Part shown: in pieces, positions 43,614 to 53,730 of the stretch
Numbering within the stretch: the first letter of the stretch is position 1
Layout: every line of letters starts with the position of its first letter
Assembly: GCA_964406475.1 (NCBI GenBank)
Contig: CAYORS010000003.1
Location: forward strand, 1 to 56,381
From: an uncultured Candidatus Saccharibacteria bacterium
GTDB lineage: Bacteria > Patescibacteriota > Minisyncoccia > Phycocordibacterales > CAIRYW01
DNA length: 56,381 nt
Reading direction: 5' to 3'
The notes under the pieces: model-generated
Seen by the model: the letters and a program-made list of their open reading frames with translations, nothing else
Told to the model about the DNA's origin: nothing
Databases searched by the model: none
Position numbers and translations under genes: made by a program

Positions 43614-44630
43614 ATGAACCACATACAAACTAATATACTCCTTAAAGATTTTTCAACATTTAAAATCGGAGGGAAGTGTCGATATTTTTGTGATATTCGT
43701 TCGGTCGATGATTTGTACGAAGTGTCTGATTTTATCAAAAAGAATAAACTAAACTTTTTTATTCTCGGTGGTGGATCGAACACTCTTTTTTCTGATAAGT
43801 TTTTTGATGGTATTGTCCTTAGAATAAACCTCAAGGGGATTGAAATCAAAGAATCTCAAAAAAAAGTTTCAGTATCTGCGTATGCAGGTGAGGTGTGGGA
43901 TGATTTTGTTGCTTTTTTGATACGTAAAAAAATATATGGATTAGAAAATTTATCTCTCATACCTGGTACTGTTGGTGCAAGTCCTGTACAGAATATTGGT
44001 GCCTATGGTGTTGAGGTATCACAGCTGATTGATTCTGTGACTGTGTTTGATCTTCAGACCAAAAAAATAAAAGTGCTAAAAAACAAGGAATGTCTTTTTG
44101 GTTATCGGACAAGTATTTTCAAAAAAGAAATAGCAAAAAAATATATTGTTATAAAAGTATGTTTTAAACTTTCACGAATTGCATGTGTTAATACAACATA
44201 CAAGGATCTTTCTTTGTATGTTGGTAGGTATAAAAAAATCACACCACAATTAGTACGTAAAGCTGTCACTGATATACGCAAGAAAAAGTTTCCTGACTTG
44301 TCTCTTTATGGAACTGCAGGATCGTTTTTTAAAAATATTGTTGTTTCACACGCGGTAGCAAAAAAAATAAAGAAAAAGTTTCCTGATGTTCCTGTTTTTG
44401 TGTTTTCTCAAACAAAATCAAAAATATCAACAGCTTTTGTGCTCGATAAAATTTGTGGTTTTCGCGGTGTGCGAGAGGGTGATGTGGGTACGTTTGAAAA
44501 CCAAACGTTGGTGATTGTAAATTATGGAAATGCAACTTCAAATGAAGTAAAAAAATTTGTAAAAAAAATAAAAAATAAAATAAAACAAAAATTAAATCTG
44601 ATTCTTGAAGAAGAAGTAATTATTTTTTAA
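43614..44630 (+). CDS. murB: UDP-N-acetylenolpyruvoylglucosamine reductase
   Basis: Starts at the internal MNHIQTNILLKDFSTFKIGGKCRYF. FAD-binding FILGGGSNTLF. The upstream in-frame extension from 43524 spans the inverted repeat and is unlikely to be coding. Confidence 0.88.
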   Translation: MNHIQTNILLKDFSTFKIGGKCRYFCDIRSVDDLYEVSDFIKKNKLNFFILGGGSNTLFSDKFFDGIVLRINLKGIEIKESQKKVSVSAYAGEVWDDFVAFLIRKKIYGLENLSLIPGTVGASPVQNIGAYGVEVSQLIDSVTVFDLQTKKIKVLKNKECLFGYRTSIFKKEIAKKYIVIKVCFKLSRIACVNTTYKDLSLYVGRYKKITPQLVRKAVTDIRKKKFPDLSLYGTAGSFFKNIVVSHAVAKKIKKKFPDVPVFVFSQTKSKISTAFVLDKICGFRGVREGDVGTFENQTLVIVNYGNATSNEVKKFVKKIKNKIKQKLNLILEEEVIIF

Positions 44631-44821
44631 AAAAATAAAAAAGTTATCCACAATTTTTTTAAAAAAAGTATTGTGAAAAAAAAATATTGATTAGATAATT
44701 ATATTGTTACTTGGAATTAATTTATGGTCGTAAATTTTTTTCAAGTTAGCTTAAAAATAATTTTTTATCTTCGTTCTTTTCAAAACTCAAATTTTTATAG
44801 AGAAGGCGAAGTATCAATCAT

Positions 44822-44890
44822 ATGGCAACAAAAAAGAAAGCTAAAAAAGCTGCTCCAAAGAAAAAGGCTGCAAAGAAAAAGAAGAAATAA
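44822..44890 (+). CDS. Possible 22-aa lysine/alanine-rich micro-protein
   Basis: MATKKKAKKAAPKKKAAKKKKK, followed 8 nt later by a strong terminator. Below the ORF-track cutoff. Confidence 0.35.
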   Translation: MATKKKAKKAAPKKKAAKKKKK

Positions 44891-44897
44891 TCTTCTC

Positions 44898-44927
44898 AAA
44901 ACCCCTCGAAAGAGGGGTTTTGTTTTG
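44898..44927 (+). terminator. Intrinsic terminator
   Basis: aaaacccctc GAAA gaggggtttt stem-loop followed by gttttgt. Confidence 0.75.
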
Positions 44928-44949
44928 TCTTTATTTGAGGGTGTTTGTG

Positions 44950-44958
44950 TGCTATAAT
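44950..44958 (+). promoter_or_regulatory. Extended -10 (TGcTATAAT) 7 nt upstream of the secA ATG
   Basis: Exact TGnTATAAT. The ATG at 44966 would be at or next to the transcription start. Confidence 0.5.
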
Positions 44959-44965
44959 CGTCTTT

Positions 44966-47422
44966 ATGTCATTATTTACAAAAATCTTTGGTGATATTTC
45001 GACACGATCGATATCTGAAGCTCAAAAGATTGTCACAAAAATCAACGCTCTCGAATCTTCAATGAGTATTTTGAGTGATGAAGAGTTGAAGAAGCAAACT
45101 GAGATTCTTAAAAACCGTCTTCATACCGAAACTCTTGATGATATTTTACCGGAAGCATTCGCGGTACTACGTGAAGCGGCAAAACGTACACTTGGAATGC
45201 GTCATTTTGATGTACAGCTTATTGGAGGGATTATGATTCATCAGGGTAAGATTGCAGAAATGCGAACTGGTGAAGGTAAAACTCTTGTTGCTACATTACC
45301 GCTTTATTTGAATGCATTATCAGGCAAAGGTGTACACCTTGTTACGGTGAACGATTATCTTTCTCGTCGAGATGCTGTATGGATGGGACAAATTTTTGAT
45401 TTTTTAGGTTTGTCGGTGGGTATTATAAACAGTGATGCTTCTTATATATACGATGCAAAGCATATTAAAGCAGAAGAGGAAGAGACTCTTGATGAAAAAA
45501 GAGATGATATGGGGTCATTTAAGATTGTGTACGATTTCTTAAAACCTTGCTCACGAAAAGATGCTTATCTTGCAGATATTACATATGGAACAAATAATGA
45601 GTTTGGTTTTGATTATTTGAGAGATAATATTGCTACACACCCTCAAGATATTCGCCAGAGAGAATACTCTTTTGCTATTGTGGACGAGGTGGATTCTATT
45701 TTGATTGATGAGGCTCGGACCCCTCTGATCATTTCTGCGCCAACACAAAAATCAGAAAATCTCTATGTTGTTTTTGCAAAAATGGTTTCTTCTTTTATTG
45801 AGAATACAGATTATACTGTTGATGAGAAACATCGTAGTATATCTCTTTCTGATCAAGGTATTGAGAAAGCCGAAAAAGCTTTAGGTGTTGAGAATATTTA
45901 TACAGACAAAGGGATGCGATATGTGCATCACCTTGAAACAGCGGTGAGAGCAAAAGCACTTTTCCATAAAGATAAGCAGTATGTTGTTCGGGATGGAGAA
46001 GTGGTTATTGTTGATGAATTTACAGGAAGACTTCAAAATGGGCGACGGTGGAGTGAGGGGCTGCATCAAGCTGTAGAAGCAAAGGAAGGGGTGGTGATCA
46101 AAGAAGAGAGTCGTACTTATGCATCAATCACATTTCAAAATTATTTTCGTCTTTACAAAAAACTTTCAGGAATGACAGGAACTGCTGATACGTCACGAGA
46201 AGAATTCTTAAAAGTATATGGTCTTGATACTATTGTTATACCCCCGTATAGAACAATTAAGCGCATTGATTATAATGATCTTATTTTTCAAAATGAAAGT
46301 GGTAAGTTTAAAGCTCTTGCAAAGAAAGTAAAAGAACTCCATAAGAAAGGTCAGCCTGTTTTGATTGGGACTGTATCAATTGAAAAAAATGAGCTTTTGT
46401 CTTTGTATCTAAAAAAAGAAGGAGTGCCTCATGAAGTTTTGAATGCAAAAAATCACGAACGAGAAGGCGAGATTATTGCTGGTGCAGGAAGATATGGTGC
46501 TGTCACTATTGCAACCAATATGGCCGGTCGTGGTGTTGACATCAAGCTTGGTGGTATTCCTTTTAGTCGCGAAAAGGAAGATCAAATCAAAAATCTTGGA
46601 GGACTGTTTGTTTTGGGTACAGAAAGACACGAGGCACGACGCATTGATAATCAGCTTCGAGGACGTTCTGGTCGGCAGGGAGATCCTGGTGAAACACAAT
46701 TTTATGTTTCCCTTGAAGATGATCTTATGCGTGTTTTCGCATCAGATCTTATCAAGCGAATGATGGTCCGTTTTGATATCAAAGAAGATGAAGCGATTGA
46801 AAATAGACTGATTACCAAATCGCTCGAAACAGCTCAAAATCGTATTGAAGGTTTTCATTTTGATTCGCGAAAGCATACATTGGAATATGATGATGTACTA
46901 AATCACCAGAGAAGATCTATTTATGATAAAAGAAGAAAAATTCTTTTATCCGAAGATGATCAGATACTTAATCTTTTGGTAGCTTTTTTTAAGCCTGAGC
47001 AAGACGTGCTGTCTCTCTTACACAAAAAAGAACAAGATATTGGAAGACCGTTTATTCTCGGGATCAAAGGTCTTATGCTTCAAACTATCGATATGTTCTG
47101 GATGGATCATCTCGAGATGATGGATTATTTGAGAGGGAGTGTAAACCTGCGTGCGTACGGACAAAGAGACCCACTTGTGGAGTATAAAAAAGAAGGATTA
47201 AGACTTTTTAAAGAAATGGAAGCAGGAATTGCGGATACAGTCCTCCATACAGCCCCTCTTATTGGAGGAGAAATAAAAGAAGAAACATTTGAAGATACAA
47301 AAAGTTCTCTCTCTTCTAATGTTGTATCTACAAAGCAAGCTACCGAAGAAGGCGAAATTGGAAGAAATGATCCTTGCTTTTGTGGAAGTGGCAAAAAATA
47401 CAAGAAGTGTCACGGGAAGTAA
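44966..47422 (+). CDS. secA: Preprotein translocase ATPase SecA
   Basis: Starts MSLFTKIFGD. MRTGEGKTLVATLP, DEVDSILIDEARTPLIIS, and the C-terminal zinc motif CFCGSGKKYKKCHG. Confidence 0.95.
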   Translation: MSLFTKIFGDISTRSISEAQKIVTKINALESSMSILSDEELKKQTEILKNRLHTETLDDILPEAFAVLREAAKRTLGMRHFDVQLIGGIMIHQGKIAEMRTGEGKTLVATLPLYLNALSGKGVHLVTVNDYLSRRDAVWMGQIFDFLGLSVGIINSDASYIYDAKHIKAEEEETLDEKRDDMGSFKIVYDFLKPCSRKDAYLADITYGTNNEFGFDYLRDNIATHPQDIRQREYSFAIVDEVDSILIDEARTPLIISAPTQKSENLYVVFAKMVSSFIENTDYTVDEKHRSISLSDQGIEKAEKALGVENIYTDKGMRYVHHLETAVRAKALFHKDKQYVVRDGEVVIVDEFTGRLQNGRRWSEGLHQAVEAKEGVVIKEESRTYASITFQNYFRLYKKLSGMTGTADTSREEFLKVYGLDTIVIPPYRTIKRIDYNDLIFQNESGKFKALAKKVKELHKKGQPVLIGTVSIEKNELLSLYLKKEGVPHEVLNAKNHEREGEIIAGAGRYGAVTIATNMAGRGVDIKLGGIPFSREKEDQIKNLGGLFVLGTERHEARRIDNQLRGRSGRQGDPGETQFYVSLEDDLMRVFASDLIKRMMVRFDIKEDEAIENRLITKSLETAQNRIEGFHFDSRKHTLEYDDVLNHQRRSIYDKRRKILLSEDDQILNLLVAFFKPEQDVLSLLHKKEQDIGRPFILGIKGLMLQTIDMFWMDHLEMMDYLRGSVNLRAYGQRDPLVEYKKEGLRLFKEMEAGIADTVLHTAPLIGGEIKEETFEDTKSSLSSNVVSTKQATEEGEIGRNDPCFCGSGKKYKKCHGK

Positions 47423-47444
47423 GAGTGGTTGTTTTTAAAAACAG

Positions 47445-47453
47445 TGCTATAAT
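47445..47453 (+). promoter_or_regulatory. Extended -10 (TGcTATAAT)
   Basis: Exact match, 29 nt upstream of the ATG at 47483. Confidence 0.45.
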
Positions 47454-47482
47454 TACGGTATTATTATACTAATAATATATTT

Positions 47483-47686
47483 ATGGGTATTTTTGATCTA
47501 ATAAACAAAGTTGCAAACGGTATTCAAAATGGTGTCAATGCTGTTAATAATATGAGTTCAACAGTGTCTTCTGTACAAAGTACAGCAGCAATGACAAGTT
47601 CACAAGTGAAAGATATTAAAGATGCAGTGTCTTCAAAAAAAGAGGAGACTCCTGGCACTGAAGAAGGTGAGAATAAAACACAGTAA
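47483..47686 (+). CDS. Small hypothetical protein
   Basis: 67 aa, S/T/N-rich with an acidic tail. It has its own promoter-like element. Confidence 0.5.
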   Translation: MGIFDLINKVANGIQNGVNAVNNMSSTVSSVQSTAAMTSSQVKDIKDAVSSKKEETPGTEEGENKTQ

Positions 47687-47694
47687 AGTAACTA

Positions 47695-48822
47695 ATGTCT
47701 TTTGTTTCTACATCAATAGTTGAAATTTCTCAAAATGCACTAAGAAAAAATCTTAGTGCATTTAAGCGACTGCTTCATAGTCAAGATAAGATTATTGCAG
47801 TTATTAAAGCAAATGCATATGGGCACGGAATCAAAGAAGTGATTGCCACTATCGAAAAAGACGTATCAGGATTTCAGGTTGATGATATTGAAGAGTTTTT
47901 GGAAGCGAGAAAATATACTCAAAAAGATATTTTTGTTTTTGGATACATTAATGAGTCTAATCTTGAAATTATTGTCAAAAATAATGGCAGCGTTGGTTGT
48001 TACAATCTATCTACACTTCGCAAGCTTGATCAATTGTCTCGCTTGTATAAAAAAAAGATTAAAATTCATTTAAAGATAGATGCTTTTTTAGGAAGACAAG
48101 GGGTTTTTTTGGAAGATGTGTTACCTTTCCTAAACATTATAAAAAAATCAGAGTTCCTTCAGTTAGAGGCCGTCTATTCTCATTTTTCTAATATTGAAGA
48201 TGTTCAAAATCTTTCTCACGCAGAAAAACAATATCTGTATCTACAAAAGGTGTGTGATATGGTCAAAGAATATGGCTTTTCTTCTGTGTCTTTTCATATT
48301 GCTGCGACGAGTGGTATTTTGACGAATGGGTCTTGGGGTGGGGCATATGTTCGACTTGGAATCGGACTTTATGGATTGTGGCCATCAGAGAGTCTTTATA
48401 AAAAAAATATAAAAAAAATAAAACTCTACCCTGTCCTAAAGTGGATAACAGAGGTAGCACAATTGAAAAGTGTACCAAAAAATTTCCCTATTGGGTATGG
48501 TCTATCGTATATCACAAACAAACAAACTCGTATTGCTGTTATTCCACAAGGATATAGTGATGGTTATGATAGAGGACTTTCACAGAAGGGTGCTGTTTTG
48601 ATACATAAAAAAATATGTCCAGTGTTGGGAAGGGTGGCTATGAATATGTTTGTGGTTGATGTGAGTAAGGTTCCTTTTGTATCGGTGGGCGACAAGGTTG
48701 TATTACTTGGCTCTGATCATAAAACGATTTCTCCTGACTATATGGCACATTGTTGTGGTACAATAAACTATGAAATAGTCGCTCGTATTTCACCTCTTAT
48801 TAAAAGAATTATTAGAAAGTAA
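47695..48822 (+). CDS. alr: Alanine racemase
   Basis: 375 aa. PLP-lysine motif AVIKANAYGHG and the C-terminal beta-domain pattern GRVAMNMFVVDV. Confidence 0.9.
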   Translation: MSFVSTSIVEISQNALRKNLSAFKRLLHSQDKIIAVIKANAYGHGIKEVIATIEKDVSGFQVDDIEEFLEARKYTQKDIFVFGYINESNLEIIVKNNGSVGCYNLSTLRKLDQLSRLYKKKIKIHLKIDAFLGRQGVFLEDVLPFLNIIKKSEFLQLEAVYSHFSNIEDVQNLSHAEKQYLYLQKVCDMVKEYGFSSVSFHIAATSGILTNGSWGGAYVRLGIGLYGLWPSESLYKKNIKKIKLYPVLKWITEVAQLKSVPKNFPIGYGLSYITNKQTRIAVIPQGYSDGYDRGLSQKGAVLIHKKICPVLGRVAMNMFVVDVSKVPFVSVGDKVVLLGSDHKTISPDYMAHCCGTINYEIVARISPLIKRIIRK

Positions 48823-48825
48823 ATT

Positions 48826-49221
48826 ATGTATTTCCACCCTCTTTTTGATTTCTTGGGTACTATTGGCAAGTTTGCTATCCCTGCCGCTCTTTTAAATCTG
48901 GGTATTTATTTTTTTCTTTTTAAAAAAATAGAATATAGTTTCTCTAAAGCATTTTTTGCCTTTTCAATTCCAATTACAAGTATTATTCTCACTTTTGCAG
49001 GACTTATGACTCTTTTTGCGGTCATCGGTTTGGTCTTGAATCTTAAAGGTTCGGATGGGTATTTTGAGATGATGGTAGGTTTTGTACTTGGTCCTATTAT
49101 TTTCTTTTCTCTTCTTATATATCAAACAAAACTAGCTTTTGCTTTTTCAACTGGCAAAGCAATAATACTCTCTCTTGTTGAGACTGTTGCAACAGCAGCT
49201 TTAATGTGGTTTATTGGATAA
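48826..49221 (+). CDS. Hypothetical membrane protein
   Basis: 131 aa with four hydrophobic helices. Confidence 0.6.
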   Translation: MYFHPLFDFLGTIGKFAIPAALLNLGIYFFLFKKIEYSFSKAFFAFSIPITSIILTFAGLMTLFAVIGLVLNLKGSDGYFEMMVGFVLGPIIFFSLLIYQTKLAFAFSTGKAIILSLVETVATAALMWFIG

Positions 49222-49917
49222 ATGAATAAGCAATTTTGGAATGATGAATATAAAAACCCACATCATTTGACGATGTCAGATGAGCCGTCAAGTGATATGA
49301 TTTCTTTTGTCCGTTGGGCAGAGAGGAATGCGGAATGGCCTCCATTCCCAAAAGGGGGTGTTGTGTTAGATATTGGATGTGGCAACGGTCGAAATCTCAT
49401 TGCACTCATTAAGGAATCTCATATGAAAGGATACGGTATTGATATTTCTGAAGAAGCTATTCGTCAGGCAAAATCAAAATCTCAAAATTTTCCAATTACT
49501 TTTTCTGTTGGCCACGCTGAAGATCCTCTTCCGTTTCTAGACCAATCCGTTGATGTGGTTTTGGATATGATGACAAGTCATTTTTTGAATCAAAAGATGC
49601 GCAACAATCTTGTATCTGAGGTTGCAAGAGTACTCAAGCCTTTCGGGTGGTTTTTCTTCAAGACTTTTATTCTTGATGATGATCAGAATGCAATGAGAAT
49701 GATCAAGGAGAATCCGTCGCTTGAAGAATCAAACACATACATACATCCGCGCATCAAAGTGACTGAGCACGTCTGGACAGAAGAGGAGATTCTTCATACA
49801 TTTCTTCCTTATTTTACAATCCACAAGATAATCAAGTCTCATAAGCATATAAAAGATGGTAAGCCTTATAAAAGAAGGACTGTTTCTGTGTATATGGAGA
49901 GAAAAAGAGATGATTGA
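49222..49917 (+). CDS. Class I SAM methyltransferase
   Basis: 231 aa. VLDIGCGNGRNL, VDVVLDMMTSHFL, LKPFGWFFF. Confidence 0.8.
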   Translation: MNKQFWNDEYKNPHHLTMSDEPSSDMISFVRWAERNAEWPPFPKGGVVLDIGCGNGRNLIALIKESHMKGYGIDISEEAIRQAKSKSQNFPITFSVGHAEDPLPFLDQSVDVVLDMMTSHFLNQKMRNNLVSEVARVLKPFGWFFFKTFILDDDQNAMRMIKENPSLEESNTYIHPRIKVTEHVWTEEEILHTFLPYFTIHKIIKSHKHIKDGKPYKRRTVSVYMERKRDD

Positions 49918-49973
49918 AATTATACGCAAACAAGCATATAATTTAGACAATTATTCACCAATTCATTACTACA

Positions 49974-51026
49974 ATGAAAGAAAGTAAACTCGAAGTGTAT
50001 CTCTATTTTATTCTCCTGGGATTTTCTGCTTTTTTGGTATATAAAATTTTTGAACCATATCTTTTACCTATTATACTTGCGCTTATTTTTACTGTTGTTT
50101 TTTTTCCTTTGCATCACCGTATCGAAAAAGCTTTTTCTCGTCACAAATCACTGGCTGCTTTTTTGACTCTTCTTACTGTTTCGGTGTTAGTTCTTTTGCC
50201 TTTTGTTTTATACGGAATCCAGCTTTCTGATGAAGTAAAAAACTTTTATGATTATGCTTTTGCTGCAATGCAGGGAGGAGGAATAATGACAAAGCTTACT
50301 GGTGTCGTGAATCATATTATTTCTTCTTTTTCACCATTTGGGGTGAAATGGCCTGTTTTTGATGTATCAGAGACTGAAGTATATGTGTTTCAGTTTTTGT
50401 CTTGGATACGAGGTCATTTTGGTGACATCTTCTCTGGGCTTGCACAATTTTTTGTCGGGTTGTTTATTTTTCTTATTGCGTTTTACTACTTTCTTCGAGA
50501 TGGTATGGTATTGCGAAAGCGACTCATCGAAGTAAGTCCTTTCCCGGATAATCGCGATGAAGAAATACTTCTGAAGTTAAAGGTGGCGATTATGTCTGTT
50601 GTCAAAGGATCAATACTTGTTGCTCTTGTACAAGGGATTATGACAGGTCTTGGGCTTTATATTTTTGGTGTTCCTTCTGCTCTTTTGTGGGGAGGTGTCA
50701 CCGTGATCGCTGCACTTGTGCCTGGTATAGGAACATCACTCGTTCTTTTGCCAAGTATTATTTTCCTTTTCTTTTCTGGTATGAGTGTTAATGCGTTTGG
50801 ATTATTGTTGTGGGGTGTTGTGTGTGTAGGTCTTATCGACAATATTCTTGGACCAAAACTTGTCGAAAAAGGAATCAATATTCACCCTCTTCTTATTCTT
50901 CTCTCTGTGCTTGGGGGGATTAGTTTCTTTGGGGTGACTGGTTTTATTCTCGGTCCAATAGTCCTTTCATTTCTTTTTACATTATTTGCAATCTATAAAC
51001 CGATTATTTTGAAGGATAACAAATAA
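49974..51026 (+). CDS. AI-2E family transporter (PerM-like)
   Basis: 350 aa, about 8 TM helices, with the characteristic central loop and the G-rich TM segments WGGVTVIAALVPGIGTSLV. Confidence 0.8.
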   Translation: MKESKLEVYLYFILLGFSAFLVYKIFEPYLLPIILALIFTVVFFPLHHRIEKAFSRHKSLAAFLTLLTVSVLVLLPFVLYGIQLSDEVKNFYDYAFAAMQGGGIMTKLTGVVNHIISSFSPFGVKWPVFDVSETEVYVFQFLSWIRGHFGDIFSGLAQFFVGLFIFLIAFYYFLRDGMVLRKRLIEVSPFPDNRDEEILLKLKVAIMSVVKGSILVALVQGIMTGLGLYIFGVPSALLWGGVTVIAALVPGIGTSLVLLPSIIFLFFSGMSVNAFGLLLWGVVCVGLIDNILGPKLVEKGINIHPLLILLSVLGGISFFGVTGFILGPIVLSFLFTLFAIYKPIILKDNK

Positions 51027-51748
51027 TGAAAAAAGCACTTGAGATAAAAAATCTTGTAAAAGATTTTGATGGGTTTAGAGCTGTTGATGATTTGTCTTTT
51101 GTTGTTGAAGAGGGAACGATTACTGGACTTTTGGGACCCAATGGTGCAGGAAAGACCACGACAATCCAAATGATTCTTGATATCATTACTCCAACAAGTG
51201 GTACGATTAGTGTTTTGGGAAAAGATTTTGCAGATGCAAGACAAGAAATATTATCATCTATAAATTTCTCTTCTCCTTATGTGGCATTGCCAACAAATTT
51301 GACAGTGATGGAAAACCTTCTCACCTTTGCGCGGTTGTATAATGTGGAGAATCCTCGAAAAAAAATAAATGAACTTGCGGATTTTTTTGAGATACGACAC
51401 TTACTTGACAGAATAACAGCTTCTCTTTCTACAGGGCAGCTTACTCGAGTGAATCTTACCAAAGCTTTTGTTAATGATCCAAAGCTACTTCTCCTTGATG
51501 AGGCGACAGCATCTCTTGATCCAGATATTGCAGACAAGACGAGGAAGGTTTTAAAAAAAATGCAAAAAGAAAAAGGTGTAACTATTCTTTATACATCACA
51601 TAATATGGCAGAGATAGAAGAGTTATGTGATCATGTGATCTTTATGAACAAAGGAAAGGTGCGAGAAGAGGGGACTGTTGCCGAGCTTGTAGAGAAGTTT
51701 GGCCACAAAGATTTGAATGATATTTTTATTAGTATTGCACGAGAATGA
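51026..51748 (+). CDS. ABC transporter ATP-binding protein (ABC-2 type exporter)
   Basis: 240 aa. Walker A GPNGAGKTT, signature LSTGQ, Walker B LLLLDEATASLD. Confidence 0.92.
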   Translation: MKKALEIKNLVKDFDGFRAVDDLSFVVEEGTITGLLGPNGAGKTTTIQMILDIITPTSGTISVLGKDFADARQEILSSINFSSPYVALPTNLTVMENLLTFARLYNVENPRKKINELADFFEIRHLLDRITASLSTGQLTRVNLTKAFVNDPKLLLLDEATASLDPDIADKTRKVLKKMQKEKGVTILYTSHNMAEIEELCDHVIFMNKGKVREEGTVAELVEKFGHKDLNDIFISIARE

Positions 51749-51749
51749 T

Positions 51750-52544
51750 ATGAATCCAACACGAATAAAAGCAATAGTGATGAGACATCTGTATCTTTAC
51801 AAGGGAAGGAGTCTTCCAAGGTTTCTCGATATTTTCTTTTGGCCCGTCATTACACTTTTGACATGGGGATTTCTATCTGTGTATTTGCAGCAAGGTAATC
51901 TTTCAAATGTAAATTTCGTCTCTGTGATTTTGGGTGCTGTGATTTTTTGGGAGATTACTCAGAGAGCTCAGCAGTCAATCTCGATCTACTTTCTTGAAGA
52001 TGTTTGGGAGAGGAATTTTTTGAATATCTTTGTGACACCTCTCACTACGTTGGAATTTTTTGTGGCAAGTTTGATTTTGGGATTTATTCGTATTCTCATT
52101 ATTGCTTTTGTGATGTTTGTCTTATCTTTTCTTTTGTATCACTATAGTATTTTTGCTTTAGGGTTTGCGTTTATTCCCTATGCTGCGAATTTGTTTTTGT
52201 TTGGAGTGGTGATTGCTATATTTATTAATTCGATTATTCTGAGGTTTGGTACATCAGCACAGGTTCTTGCTTTTGGACTTATTTTTATAATCCAGCCAAT
52301 TAGTGCAATTTTTTATCCACTCTCTTCACTTCCTTTTTGGATCCATCCTTTTTCACTTGTTCTTCCTACAACACATATTTTTGAAGCTATGAGATCGACT
52401 CTTATGACAGGACAGATTGATACTCTCCATCTTATAAGTGCAAGCATTCTCAATATTCTCTATCTTCTTCTTGCGTGGGATTTTTGGAATCGTATGTTTA
52501 AAAGTGTCAAAGAAAAAGGTCTTCTCATCAAGGTTCAAAACTAG
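51750..52544 (+). CDS. ABC-2 type transporter permease
   Basis: Starts MNPTRIKAIVMRHLYLY, 2 nt after the ATPase stop. Six TM helices. Confidence 0.8.
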   Translation: MNPTRIKAIVMRHLYLYKGRSLPRFLDIFFWPVITLLTWGFLSVYLQQGNLSNVNFVSVILGAVIFWEITQRAQQSISIYFLEDVWERNFLNIFVTPLTTLEFFVASLILGFIRILIIAFVMFVLSFLLYHYSIFALGFAFIPYAANLFLFGVVIAIFINSIILRFGTSAQVLAFGLIFIIQPISAIFYPLSSLPFWIHPFSLVLPTTHIFEAMRSTLMTGQIDTLHLISASILNILYLLLAWDFWNRMFKSVKEKGLLIKVQN

Positions 52545-52620
52545 CTTGACTCGAGTTTTGAAACTTGCTTTTCGGACAAAAAAGATATATATTTGCCAGG
52601 AACATTTGTTTTTTATTCTT

Positions 52621-53133
52621 ATGCAAGTATTTGATCTTACAACAGAGGCTTCTATGAACGGCACTCGTTCTACGGTAGTGCATTATAAACAGGGTTGGTT
52701 TTTATTTCCTCAAGATATAAACAAGCTCACTCTAGTCCATATCCCGGAAGGGGAGAACATTATGAAAGCGATTGAGAGTGTGGGTTCGCGTGCATGCAAT
52801 GTGTGTTTAGCACACGCATTTTACGCGAGCTGGATCGAGATGCCTTCTCGTTGGAAAATAGACAGAACGGGCTATAGAACGATTATTTGTGCAGGTTCCA
52901 TATTTCAACCGAGTAATGGTGATGTGGATTATCCTCGGACATCAAGATTAGTTGCACAACTTTACTCTCAACACAGAGGGGGATCCGAGAAGATTTCTGT
53001 TGGGCAGTTTATCCTCGACCACACAACTGTTGCAGAGAGAAGTGACTATCTTTTGTGCTTCAGGCGACGAACAGTATTTAGAACTGCTGTGAAAAAGAGA
53101 AGAAAAAAAAGAAAGAAAGAAGCCACTGCATAA
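52621..53133 (+). CDS. Hypothetical protein with a polybasic C-terminus
   Basis: 170 aa from the internal ATG (MQVFDLTT...). More GC-rich than its flanks. Ends KKRRKKRKKEATA. The stop lies in the loop of a terminator hairpin. Confidence 0.5.
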   Translation: MQVFDLTTEASMNGTRSTVVHYKQGWFLFPQDINKLTLVHIPEGENIMKAIESVGSRACNVCLAHAFYASWIEMPSRWKIDRTGYRTIICAGSIFQPSNGDVDYPRTSRLVAQLYSQHRGGSEKISVGQFILDHTTVAERSDYLLCFRRRTVFRTAVKKRRKKRKKEATA

Positions 53134-53147
53134 GCGGTGGTGTTTTT
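53123..53147 (+). terminator. Intrinsic terminator
   Basis: ccactgc ataa gcggtgg stem. It has one G-U pair that is valid only on the plus strand, and is followed by tgttttt. Confidence 0.55.
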
Positions 53148-53149
53148 AA

Positions 53150-53725
53150 TTAATGATCTGCGAACATATAGGGGCTATAAGACCAGTTTGATGTCCATTC
53201 ATTATCTTCTGATTGACACCAATATGAATTGGATATTGTCTTTTCAAAGTAATGAAACATTGCTCGGTGTGCTCCACACCGAAGAGGGTTGTCTGTATTT
53301 TCAAATTGTGCCACAAGATCATAGTCACTTGCATCTGTGTTAGGGATGTATGCATAAACATAATTACCATTACACCAAGGACCTGCATATCCGTTACAGA
53401 CAGTATCGTTCGCGATATTTAGCGGGTCGGTAGGGAGTTTGATATAATCTGCGAGTGCTTGTGCAAGCCTGTTCCAGGAATTGGTGGTGCTGTAAGACCA
53501 TACCACACCTGTTTCTGGTTGTGGGTATTTTTGGCCGTGATCTGCAAAATACAAAGCAAGTGCTTTTTTGATTTCTTCTAAATTTTGTCCTCGGACAGAA
53601 TCTCTTGCTTTAATCCGTGCATTACTTAATGTAGTAAAAACAATAGATGAGAGCAATGCTATAATACTTATTACAACAAGCAGTTCAATAAGAGTGAATC
53701 CTTTTTTGTTTGTTTTGAAAGACAT
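53150..53725 (-). CDS. Type IV pilin / pseudopilin (prepilin-type N-terminal methylation domain)
   Basis: 191 aa. KKGFTLIELLVVISIIALLSSIV leader and helix. Cysteine pairs in the C-terminal globular part. Confidence 0.85.
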   Translation of the reverse strand: MSFKTNKKGFTLIELLVVISIIALLSSIVFTTLSNARIKARDSVRGQNLEEIKKALALYFADHGQKYPQPETGVVWSYSTTNSWNRLAQALADYIKLPTDPLNIANDTVCNGYAGPWCNGNYVYAYIPNTDASDYDLVAQFENTDNPLRCGAHRAMFHYFEKTISNSYWCQSEDNEWTSNWSYSPYMFADH

Positions 53726-53730
53726 ATGTT

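Noticed and set aside
44644-44652. Perfect DnaA-box consensus TTATCCACA in the AT-rich murB-secA intergenic region
   Set aside because: There is a single box with no cluster of further boxes and no dnaA/dnaN nearby. One 9-mer match is close to chance expectation in a window of this size over two strands.
44724-44957. 77-aa ORF spanning the micro-ORF, the terminator and the secA promoter
   Set aside because: It runs through a strong terminator hairpin and the -10 box. Its K/R-rich translation is a frame-shifted reading of the A-rich tract.
52438-52620. Upstream extension of the 52621-53133 ORF overlapping the ABC-2 permease 3' end
   Set aside because: It overlaps the permease by ~100 nt in another frame and crosses the intergenic region. 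The internal ATG at 52621 is the first start outside the permease.
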